In this document: positions 21,217 through 29,984 of the stretch, in pieces
Layout: each line of letters opens with the position of its first letter
Position numbering within the stretch: the stretch's first letter is position 1
IMG/VR virus record: IMGVR_UViG_3300045970_000182
Span: 1 to 56,874 of that record
Reading direction: 5' to 3' (one strand)
DNA from: a virus
Taxonomy: Duplodnaviria > Caudoviricetes
Length of the DNA: 56,874 nt
Translations under genes and position numbers: made by a program
The notes under the pieces: generated by a model
The model's database searches: none
Told to the model about the DNA's origin: nothing
The model's input: only the letters and a program-made list of their open reading frames with translations

Positions 21217-23796
21217 TTACGCTGATAAAGATGCGCCTGTGTTCTTAATACGCACAGGAATGTAAATAAACTCAACTGCTTTAACAGGCTGAATTGCAAT
21301 ATCAATCCACAACTCGTTCCTATCTATACGAGTAGGTGTATTATTGCTTGTGTCGCATACAACCAAATAGTCATATAAACCACGCAAAGTAATCAACTCT
21401 GATAAGAATCTATCAAATGCATCCTTAGCAGCCTTTCTTGTAACAGAATCATTTGGCTCAAATAAGAATGGTTGAGCTAACAAGTTAAGTTGATAGCGCA
21501 AATAGTTTTCTAAACGAACTACATTGATACGATCTGTTGCACTGGAGTAAAGCTGGCGTGTTTTTTGTCCAAATATTACAACTCCACCCGATGGCATAGT
21601 TCTAATAGGGTTGATATTATTTTGATATAATATATCTCGCTGTCCTTCACTTAGCTTAACAGTTATGTATTGTCCTGTGCTGTTTACATAACCAACTGAT
21701 GTAGCATTATTTACAACACCGCGTTGTAATCCTGCTGGTGCAAACCACGGATACGCCACTTGGTCGTTGTATGCAATAGTACGCAATGCCATGTGTGATG
21801 GTGGAACAACAACGTCTGTGCCATCTACATTGGTTGCCAATCCACTTGGATACCAAGATGCGAAGTATTTACTTGCTGAAGTTAATCCATCTGCTCCGTT
21901 ACCGTATGCACTATTACTATTTGATGCCCATGCCTGCAATGTTGTGCCTGTTGGAGATAAAGTAAATGGAGAGTCACCAACAACGAATGCAGTCATTTGT
22001 CTATCTTCGTTTAATAACAACATTTCATCTATCGCTTCAACATATCCAGGTGCTGCAATCAGGTTAAAATATAAATCTTCTGAACGAACTTCTTCGTTAG
22101 AAGTAATCATTTCTTGGATTGCTCTTACAACACAAATATTTTGTGCTGCTGCGCCCATATAAGGCACACCGCCTACATTGTTACCGGAGTATGTAACCCA
22201 ACGACCTAAAGATTCGCTGTTTGTGTTGTCTGCTGCTGCTGCAACACCACCATAAGAAAATGTAGAATTCCATTGTTTTACATTATTTGTAGAATAACGA
22301 GTATTCCATAATAGGAAACCACGTGGATATAAATCAGCATCGGGACGATCTGGATCTAAGTCCGGTGTTGATGCAACTTCGCCGTTATTAACACCTGTGT
22401 TGGTGCCAAATAATGGGCTCGGACGTGCATCTGCAAAAATAATACCATTTGGTGATGTTTGATCTGTATTATCAACCAATGACCATGCTGTACCAGACCA
22501 ACGTTTAATAACAGGATATGGTGCTAAATCTGTATCAACCCATATATCACCTGCTACCATAGTTGGTGCTGTAGGATTGTCTCTTGGATCACCAGATTGT
22601 GCAAATAAGGTGTATGCATCGCCGGCAATAAGAACATGGCCCACTGCTGGTGGCGCTATTTGTCCAGGTAACACAACATTGTCCCAAGTACCGTTACCCG
22701 TACATACCAATACGTCTACTGTAGAAAATCCTGCACCGTTAATACCTACTTCGGCATTAAACCATAATGTACCTGCTGTAGGACCTGCCATTGGCATAGT
22801 CGAAGATCCGATTATTGTGGTTACAGTGCTGTACGCTTCTGCATATGCTGTTCCTACCTTAATAACAAGCGTATTTCCGGAGGAATAATCAGCAAATAGC
22901 TTACCTGTAGCACCTGTTGTACTTGTTGCATAATATGCATCAGCTGCAACCGAGTCAGCTAACACAGGCACAAGTTGTTGAGCAAACTGCGAAGTTGTTG
23001 CGCTCATTTTAAGCAATACAATATCTACGCCTTGTGCTGCTGCACCAGTCTTAACCCAATATTGTTTAGTGTTGCTTATTAAATCTGGCCATACAGGTGT
23101 AATAATGATACTATCTAAGTTGGTTGCACCGCCTGTACCGCCTGGTGTAACACCTACTGTCGTCATCTTCACCCATGCACCAAGATGTGCAATCCAATAT
23201 GCTAATGTACCTGTTGCAGTTTCAAACGATACCGCAATTTCGCCGTCAACATTAATGATGCCGTTGGATGGTGTATTTCCTGTTCCTGTGGAAAAGTTAA
23301 CCACATAGTTCGGTGTTACCTTAACCCAGGATCCCGATGCTCGACTAAATAATCCAAAATCTGTACCTGTAGTCTGCGATTCATCTAACCAGTATGTTCC
23401 TGCAGGCGATGCACTTGCTGGTTGCACAGATGTAGCAGCAAGTTGGGCCGTGTCAATGTTTGCACGAGCAACTCTTGCTAGGTTTGAGCTGCCTAAATAA
23501 GAATAAGCTGCTAATAATCCATATTCATTTAATGGATAACCATTAACTGACGAACCGCCAATGCTGTAAAACATAGGGTCGCCAAATGTTTGCACTAAAT
23601 CTCTTTGTGATGTGATTGAATAAACTTTTCCTGCATTGGCTGCAAGAGTACCTGCGGCAACTGCTGTTCCGGTAGGATCGCTTTTATTTTCTTGTGTGGC
23701 TATAAAAATCATAGGCACTGTTCCTGGGCCGGCGCCGACATTAACCGACTGGTCTGTAACTGTGATATTTGAGCCTGGGGATACTGAAACTGCCAT
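21217..23796 (-). CDS. contractile tail sheath protein (gp18-like)
   Basis: SPG start, FGDP, NEYGL, WFAPAG..RG, LYQNNINPI, DRINVVRL, IQPVKAVEFIYIP. Confidence 0.95.
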   Translation of the reverse strand: MAVSVSPGSNITVTDQSVNVGAGPGTVPMIFIATQENKSDPTGTAVAAGTLAANAGKVYSITSQRDLVQTFGDPMFYSIGGSSVNGYPLNEYGLLAAYSYLGSSNLARVARANIDTAQLAATSVQPASASPAGTYWLDESQTTGTDFGLFSRASGSWVKVTPNYVVNFSTGTGNTPSNGIINVDGEIAVSFETATGTLAYWIAHLGAWVKMTTVGVTPGGTGGATNLDSIIITPVWPDLISNTKQYWVKTGAAAQGVDIVLLKMSATTSQFAQQLVPVLADSVAADAYYATSTTGATGKLFADYSSGNTLVIKVGTAYAEAYSTVTTIIGSSTMPMAGPTAGTLWFNAEVGINGAGFSTVDVLVCTGNGTWDNVVLPGQIAPPAVGHVLIAGDAYTLFAQSGDPRDNPTAPTMVAGDIWVDTDLAPYPVIKRWSGTAWSLVDNTDQTSPNGIIFADARPSPLFGTNTGVNNGEVASTPDLDPDRPDADLYPRGFLLWNTRYSTNNVKQWNSTFSYGGVAAAADNTNSESLGRWVTYSGNNVGGVPYMGAAAQNICVVRAIQEMITSNEEVRSEDLYFNLIAAPGYVEAIDEMLLLNEDRQMTAFVVGDSPFTLSPTGTTLQAWASNSNSAYGNGADGLTSASKYFASWYPSGLATNVDGTDVVVPPSHMALRTIAYNDQVAYPWFAPAGLQRGVVNNATSVGYVNSTGQYITVKLSEGQRDILYQNNINPIRTMPSGGVVIFGQKTRQLYSSATDRINVVRLENYLRYQLNLLAQPFLFEPNDSVTRKAAKDAFDRFLSELITLRGLYDYLVVCDTSNNTPTRIDRNELWIDIAIQPVKAVEFIYIPVRIKNTGASLSA

Positions 23797-23882
23797 ATTA
23801 TTTAACTCCTATTGAAGATATTCTTCTTGTTGCTAGTATTTATCAAGAAGGGTGTTAAACATGCTGCAAATAAAGCACCGAG

Positions 23883-24521
23883 TTATAATATATGCGCTAA
23901 CACTTCCTTCACCTGTGTTTCTAGGGATTCCAATGTGCTATCGTTATTTATCTCATGATCTATTTTGGAACCAACCCACGCCCATTCACTTAGGTGTGCA
24001 GCTGAATAAGTCTTTGCCATTGCTGCTTTAGCAATAGAGTTTCCACGGTTTGCTAATATAGCAGTTTCGTACCAAACCGGTGCTGGGCCACGGTTTACTT
24101 TAATCAATGTCCCACCTTGATCTTGAATGAACTTAATCTCGTTAGGAAATCTAACATCGCTGATAACAACATTTTTATCAGGATTTTTATATATTCTGTT
24201 CCGTAATGTTAGAAACCATAAGTCTTGATGGAAGTTGTTACGCAATGCATCGGTGCCGATTACTTGTAATGCAAGTCTTGGACTAAAGTTAGGCATACCG
24301 AGCTGTTTAGACCACCAAGGATCAACTGCTTCGCGCCATTCTCTTGATTCTTTTGTATCACCTTCCAGCATATTGCGTGGCCAATCAAACATTACCGCAC
24401 ACGCATCTTTCAGACTTGTTGCAAAGCTGTCTTGTCTAAAGTTGTAATCACTTACCAGTTTAGATGCTACAGTACCTTTACCACTATTAATAAATCCCAG
24501 AATACCAACAATTTTAGCCAT
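23883..24521 (-). CDS. deoxynucleoside monophosphate kinase (gp1-like)
   Basis: GFINSGKGT, SFATSLKD, PRLALQVIGTD, ISDVRFPNE, HLSEW. Confidence 0.9.
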   Translation of the reverse strand: MAKIVGILGFINSGKGTVASKLVSDYNFRQDSFATSLKDACAVMFDWPRNMLEGDTKESREWREAVDPWWSKQLGMPNFSPRLALQVIGTDALRNNFHQDLWFLTLRNRIYKNPDKNVVISDVRFPNEIKFIQDQGGTLIKVNRGPAPVWYETAILANRGNSIAKAAMAKTYSAAHLSEWAWVGSKIDHEINNDSTLESLETQVKEVLAHIL

Positions 24522-24599
24522 TAAACACCCCTAAGTTAACGTCTATGTAGTTATACATAAACTGCTTAGAGGGCTGCTAATCTTGTTACGGAGCGGACA

Positions 24600-25352
24600 T
24601 TATCCGATTATGAAGCTGTATCCGTCGCCGCTTGTAACCATATTGAGTAACTCTTTTTCAAGTTTATCAATTTCAACTTGTGCCTCAGTCTTTAGTGCAG
24701 CACCGTTTAATGTAACACTGCCATTAGGGCCGGCAAAGCCACTGGAAAACTTATCTCTTGCTTCACCTAACATATACTTTGCTTTTGCTGAAGCATAGGA
24801 AAGTAACCAGAGACCTGTGTATGGATCATTTATAATATCATCTTCCGATTTTTTCACATACACCCTAACAGAAACTTCCTCATCTGCCCTTGGGCGGCGA
24901 ATGATAGTTAGTTTATGTGAATTGACATCCCACGTAAAGTTCATCTGACTTGCAAACATTCTCTCTGCAGTCTCTAAGTATCCATTATACAGGTCCCAGG
25001 TCGCTAATCCACCAGATCTATTTGGTTGTAACATATAGATATTGTAGAATGCAGCATCAACCGGGTCAAAGTTTACCCCGCCGCCGGTATATGCACCGAC
25101 ACCGCGACGGTATAGACGTCTCACTTCTTGCACTTCATCTGGTAGAGTGTACTCTGAAATGTCTCGTGTGATGTGTAGGAAAATATCTTTCTCAAGTAGC
25201 GAACCGTCCGATTGCTGACGCAACTTTAGGAGCCCCACGTTTATTGCAAGATTCAAGTGATCGGGATCTAATTCAACATCGACCATTTGCGAACCGAGTG
25301 TTAACTCGATTTGCCTCATTAATAAAACTCTTGGTGTAACTTGTGCGGACAT
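24600..25352 (-). CDS. neck protein (gp13-like)
   Basis: LGSQMVDVELD start; LGEARDKF...GPNGSVTLNG...AQVEIDKLEKEL end. Confidence 0.85.
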   Translation of the reverse strand: MSAQVTPRVLLMRQIELTLGSQMVDVELDPDHLNLAINVGLLKLRQQSDGSLLEKDIFLHITRDISEYTLPDEVQEVRRLYRRGVGAYTGGGVNFDPVDAAFYNIYMLQPNRSGGLATWDLYNGYLETAERMFASQMNFTWDVNSHKLTIIRRPRADEEVSVRVYVKKSEDDIINDPYTGLWLLSYASAKAKYMLGEARDKFSSGFAGPNGSVTLNGAALKTEAQVEIDKLEKELLNMVTSGDGYSFIIG

Positions 25353-25384
25353 AACGTATCATCTCTCCAGTGCTACGTTATTTA

Positions 25385-25837
25385 TCAATATCCTAGTGTT
25401 GCCTTCTTCATTACCATTGCATCATCTAACGCATTATGCACATCATACCCGAATTTAACAACAAGTGCTTCTTCGACCAAATCAGATACCCTAACTGGTA
25501 TGCATATTTTTTCTAAGTTGGCAGGCCATAACGGCGATATTAATCTATTTAGATGTGGAATATCCCATCCCGGATTATCAGATGCGATAGTGCATGGACA
25601 GTTTCTATCTTCTATCCAGTTAGCAATAGCAAAAGAACATTCATGATGTGTCATTCTGTTTTTACCACGCAATAGTGGTAATACATCTGTCTTGACAAAA
25701 TCAGAACAATCTTTCAACTCATATGTGTCCGTTAGTTCGGCATAGAAATAGTTCTCATCCTCATCAACCAAAGCAATGCTGATTAGCTTATTGCCCGGTA
25801 TTAGATCAGTGAATTCTGTGTCTAAAAATAATCTCAT
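25385..25837 (-). CDS. DEDDh 3'-5' exo(ribo)nuclease
   Basis: FLDTEFT, LISIALV, D-x-P-x-WD, HNALDDA. Confidence 0.85.
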   Translation of the reverse strand: MRLFLDTEFTDLIPGNKLISIALVDEDENYFYAELTDTYELKDCSDFVKTDVLPLLRGKNRMTHHECSFAIANWIEDRNCPCTIASDNPGWDIPHLNRLISPLWPANLEKICIPVRVSDLVEEALVVKFGYDVHNALDDAMVMKKATLGY

Positions 25838-26997
25838 TTATCAATTCTTAAAATAATATGGTGTTCGTTTAACTTACCAGAACAAGGAATATCTACTGTT
25901 GTTAAATCCTTTAAAAAAGTGCGAAGTTTAACCTTACTTGCTTTTTTAAAGTCTGCTAACGCTTCTGCGGGCTTCCGTAGTGTTTTTTCTGCAGAATCTG
26001 GCGAATAATTCAACAGGCTTGCACCCTTAACACCCAGGCCGCCAGCGTCTAATGCTTTGTACTGCGCTAACTTGCGAGTTTTAACTGAATACAGCCATAC
26101 TTCCTTGCTGCCGATTATCTGTGTAGGATTTAAGCTAACAAGGCCTAATGCCTTATCATCCTTTTTATATTTCAGTCTTGACACAACTTTATCTGCAGAC
26201 ACCAGTTTCTTTTTACGTGGTGCGCGTTCAATCTTGGCTGATTCTTGCATCATGCTACACGCTTTCAATAAGTTCTTATGAAACGTGTCAAACTTCTTCA
26301 ACTCTGCTTTTGTATAGTTGGAATATGCTTCTACCAAATCCTTATCTTTACCTTGAAATGCTTCTTCTATTTCTTTTGCACGCTTTTCAAATGTATTTTG
26401 CATATACCTCATATGCGGCGCCTTTAGATCAGACGACTTATACAGATTTACAAAATCCTCAACCGTTTTGACAGATATCTTTTTATCCATCATAAAGTCA
26501 TCTATCCACCCTTCCACTTCTCCGGCCACCTCGGCGGCTTTTTCGCGGATGCGATCTTGTATGGAAATAACCGTTTTAACCGGTACAGCAGATTCGTCAA
26601 TACCGTGTTCCTTTCCGATACTGTGCCTCGATTCCTTTTCAACATACGCAAGCCGAGCTTCTTCTTCATATATGACTTTTTCCAGTGCAGGCATTAACTT
26701 AGGCATTATATCATCGGGGATATCACAACCATGATTAAGCAGATACATATACTTACCAACTGTTGCAAATCGGTTTTCGTGCATGTCTATAATCTTTGGT
26801 AATAATGCATGAGCAGGATTTATAGAACGTAGATATTTTATAACTTCCTTTTTCAACTCAGTTGCAGACAACTCGTAATGAGCGTACAACATTGCGCCGT
26901 GAAAGTTTCTTCTAAAATGTTTGTTTGTTTTTACAGTGTATTCAAAGTCTGGTTTAGGCCAACTCACGAATACCCCTGCAGATTTCTTTGCTGCCAT
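25834..26997 (-). CDS. conserved hypothetical phage protein
   Basis: C-terminal KTLRKP...GKLNEHHIILR; start reassigned to MAAKK because the ORF-track TTG is a -35 box. Confidence 0.7.
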   Translation of the reverse strand: MAAKKSAGVFVSWPKPDFEYTVKTNKHFRRNFHGAMLYAHYELSATELKKEVIKYLRSINPAHALLPKIIDMHENRFATVGKYMYLLNHGCDIPDDIMPKLMPALEKVIYEEEARLAYVEKESRHSIGKEHGIDESAVPVKTVISIQDRIREKAAEVAGEVEGWIDDFMMDKKISVKTVEDFVNLYKSSDLKAPHMRYMQNTFEKRAKEIEEAFQGKDKDLVEAYSNYTKAELKKFDTFHKNLLKACSMMQESAKIERAPRKKKLVSADKVVSRLKYKKDDKALGLVSLNPTQIIGSKEVWLYSVKTRKLAQYKALDAGGLGVKGASLLNYSPDSAEKTLRKPAEALADFKKASKVKLRTFLKDLTTVDIPCSGKLNEHHIILRIDK

Positions 26998-27094
26998 TTT
27001 TATCCTTTTGTGATTAACTATTTTAGCATAGGCTAAAAATAATCGCAACTAATATTGGTTAGCTGCTCAGCGGATATTTATACAATGGCTTATT

Positions 27095-27259
27095 TTAATG
27101 GTCGGATACAGGCTTCTTATGTTTCTCTCTGCGAGTAAACTTCTTTTCTGTATGGGCACCTGCACCTGTTTTAGGAGCATTTTTCGCTACGAAATTTCGA
27201 GGTGTGGAGGCTGGTACTTTCTTCTTTGTTTTTGCTTCAAATAATTCAAATAATCTCAT
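27095..27259 (-). CDS. small basic protein with MRLFELFE N-terminal motif (54 aa)
   Basis: MRLFELFEAKTKKK...RNFVAKNA...GAGAH...RREKHKK; RBS AAGGTG; not in ORF track. Confidence 0.7.
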   Translation of the reverse strand: MRLFELFEAKTKKKVPASTPRNFVAKNAPKTGAGAHTEKKFTRREKHKKPVSDH

Positions 27260-27326
27260 ATCACACCTTATAAAGATAGGAATCTATCTTAAAATAATCA
27301 TATTTCTATGATTGATAAATAGTTCA

Positions 27327-27983
27327 ATGTATTTATCATATACTTATTATATTTCAAATAATGAAACCGGGCAGTTCTATTACGGATCTAGATTTAAGAA
27401 TGTATCTCTTAAAAGAACTCCGGCAGATGATTTGTGGATTTATTATTTTACTTCATCGAAATATATAAAAGAACAGATCAACGAATACGGTAAAAGCTCA
27501 TTCACTTATAAAGTATTATTAGAATCAGAAAATTATGACCATTGCTACTGGTATGAACAAGATTTAATTAAACTCAACATAGATAACAAACTATGTCTGA
27601 ATAAATTCTATATAGATAATACCACTATGTCTCGCAAATTTTCACCGGCTGGCATACCTAAAACTGAAGCAGATAAGCGTAAAATGTCAATTATTATGGC
27701 CGGAAAATCGCCATCTAACAAAGGAAAGATTACAGGAGAACAAACATCCATTCATAGAACAAATATTTCAAATTCTATGATTAGGCACTATAATACATTA
27801 AGAGAAAACGGTATATCACTAAATAAGAAAACTTCTTTTTTAAGAAAAAGATTAATTCCATATGATGTTATCATAGATACCGTAAATAAAGTTGGATTTA
27901 AATTGGCAGCAATAGAATTAAATGTGCCGGTTGTAAATTTGCGAGCCAGATATCATTATGCAATTAATGTATTGAAAAGGTAA
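27327..27983 (+). mobile_element. GIY-YIG (Seg-like) homing endonuclease
   Basis: YTYYI...FYYGSR...YFTSSK...E...CLNK; opposite strand to neighbours, own GATAAATA motif. Confidence 0.75.
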
Positions 27984-28046
27984 AGAGCAGTAGCGAATTG
28001 CTCTTTACCTGACGCCTGCATTTTACAACAGTAATCACAACCGGTC

Positions 28047-28223
28047 CTAAGATAGTTGTTGCTTATATTTATCAAATAGAGCCGTAATTCTTTCTTTCGT
28101 ATTAAATGTCATAACATTCATTTCATATAGCATATATTCTTGCATAGAAAGAAAATATGCCATAGGTGTTTTGGCTTTTAATACTTTAGTCATATGCCAA
28201 TTTCTCATTATTCCTGAACTCAT
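28047..28223 (-). CDS. small hypothetical protein (58 aa)
   Basis: RBS GAGGA, ATG, GATAAATA motif at 28245-28252; ends in TAG. Confidence 0.45.
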   Translation of the reverse strand: MSSGIMRNWHMTKVLKAKTPMAYFLSMQEYMLYEMNVMTFNTKERITALFDKYKQQLS

Positions 28224-28524
28224 TTTGTTTCCTCGTAGTCTATATATTTATCGAGCACTTCTCTTATATTTAATTCAATCAAAAAATGGGGTAAGAATTG
28301 CTCCTTACCCCACCATGTGTTCCTGGACTCCCCAACGGACTTTAACATCCTACCCAAGATCCCCATCCTGTATTAGCGTTTCCTCCGCAGTTACATTTCC
28401 CTTGGTAGAAAAAAGTGCTGCTCTGCCTTTTATAAGCACATGTATGCCATGCACGGCATTTAGTACATAGGTGCTGCTTAATGGCTACAGGTGCACGACC
28501 GGCGCTACCACACCACACATTAAC

Positions 28525-28881
28525 TCATTTTAGTATGCCCATATTGTAATATGCTTCACATTGAACATGCGCTAAAACTTCTATCTTCTCATCATACGAA
28601 ACTTCATCAACCGCTTGCTTTTTTCCGTATAACTTTAATAATATATTATCAAAGTTGCGGATTAATCCGTATAGTGTTTCTTTCATTATTTTTGCATACG
28701 GCCTTGACTGTTTTGCAATATAATCTTCCACACATACTTTAATCTTCGCTTCTTTGGCTAAATCCACTTGCACTGTAGGAGGTGTTATTTCTGGAAATAT
28801 ATCGTGTTCTTTTGCTACAGAACTAAACGACATACTTACCAAAAATAACACAGTAACTATGTGGAGGGACAAGCCCCTCAC
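28525..28881 (-). CDS. secreted hypothetical protein
   Basis: Hydrophobic signal peptide ending SVA; two Cys. Confidence 0.6.
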   Translation of the reverse strand: MRGLSLHIVTVLFLVSMSFSSVAKEHDIFPEITPPTVQVDLAKEAKIKVCVEDYIAKQSRPYAKIMKETLYGLIRNFDNILLKLYGKKQAVDEVSYDEKIEVLAHVQCEAYYNMGILK

Positions 28882-28886
28882 TTAGC

Positions 28887-29921
28887 TTACTCCGCTTCGT
28901 CTTCCGTTCCTGCATACACAATCTTCAGCATTGCTTTCTTTTGTGCAACATTCTTGGCTTGCTGTTCTTTCGCTTCTTCCAGTGTCAGATCAGTATATTC
29001 GACCCAACCACCATAGACACGAACCAAATCATACAACTGGTCATCTTCTTCATCAAAGTCAAAGACGTCTTCGTCGAACGAATCCAGGTCTGCTTCGGGC
29101 ATTTGCGGCATCTTTGCAGCGTCTTCGGTAGGGAATGGCCATGCTGCTTCAGGCTTCAGGGTAGGCTTCGGCGAATATTGTTTGTTAACAACTTCCTTGA
29201 ACTCTTCCTCTGGCTCGCCGCCAACTTGGCCGACCACTTCGTATCTGCAGCAACGGCCTTTGGCGCCGTTGTAGTCAGAAGGAATACTAACCACATCTGC
29301 CGGATTGATCTTCAAGATCATAACTGGCTGGGTTTGACTACCAAAGTGTGTCAAGTAACTTTCGCTACAGAAGTGCAAACCATCCGAACAAGTTTCATCC
29401 GGGTTATCATTTACCTGGTTACGCACCATCTCAACTACCTGCCCGATGCTGTTGTCAAACTTGCCAGAATGTAAATCCATATAGTTGTAGTTTACCTTCT
29501 TAAATGCAAGGAAATAGCCATCTTCTGTGATTGGCAGGCTATTCTTTTCCAAGAAACCATATAACTGCTCCACAGAACGCTTAGACGGATTGTCCATCAA
29601 GTTTTCCATAAATGCAATCATCGGATCAACAGGGAAACCTTCTTGATACATTTCCAACATACGCACAGACAATGCGTTATGGAACGGTTCATCTTTCCAC
29701 ATAACAACGCCGTCTTCCACGGAAACATTGCCTTGGCCAAAGTTGATAATAGCCTTTGTGGGCTCAACCAACTCTCGCAGTTCGTCCCAATCGGACTCTT
29801 TCAAAGCAGCAACAATCTTCTCATAGTTCATATGAGTGTCACGGCTGATAGTGTGACTTTTTCCATCCAATACCAAAATAATGTTTTTGCCTTGCAGCAA
29901 ATAAGCCGGAGTAGAGTTCAT
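28887..29921 (-). CDS. rIIB: RIIB-like protein
   Basis: NPSKRSVEQLYGFL, ITEDGYFLAFK, CSDGLH, INPADVVSIP.DY...KGRCCRYEV. Confidence 0.9.
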   Translation of the reverse strand: MNSTPAYLLQGKNIILVLDGKSHTISRDTHMNYEKIVAALKESDWDELRELVEPTKAIINFGQGNVSVEDGVVMWKDEPFHNALSVRMLEMYQEGFPVDPMIAFMENLMDNPSKRSVEQLYGFLEKNSLPITEDGYFLAFKKVNYNYMDLHSGKFDNSIGQVVEMVRNQVNDNPDETCSDGLHFCSESYLTHFGSQTQPVMILKINPADVVSIPSDYNGAKGRCCRYEVVGQVGGEPEEEFKEVVNKQYSPKPTLKPEAAWPFPTEDAAKMPQMPEADLDSFDEDVFDFDEEDDQLYDLVRVYGGWVEYTDLTLEEAKEQQAKNVAQKKAMLKIVYAGTEDEAE

Positions 29922-29946
29922 AAAATACCTTTCTGTGTAATGTTAT

Positions 29947-29975
29947 ATTATATACTAAAAAATCTGCACTGTCAA
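29947..29975 (-). promoter_or_regulatory. sigma70-type promoter (rIIB)
   Basis: TTGACA-N17-TATAAT. Confidence 0.85.
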
Positions 29976-29984
29976 CTATGGTTG

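Noticed and set aside
27978-28060. Twister ribozyme (GGTCCTAAG resembles the L4 loop)
   Set aside because: The following GC and the matching GAGGG pseudoknot partner are absent
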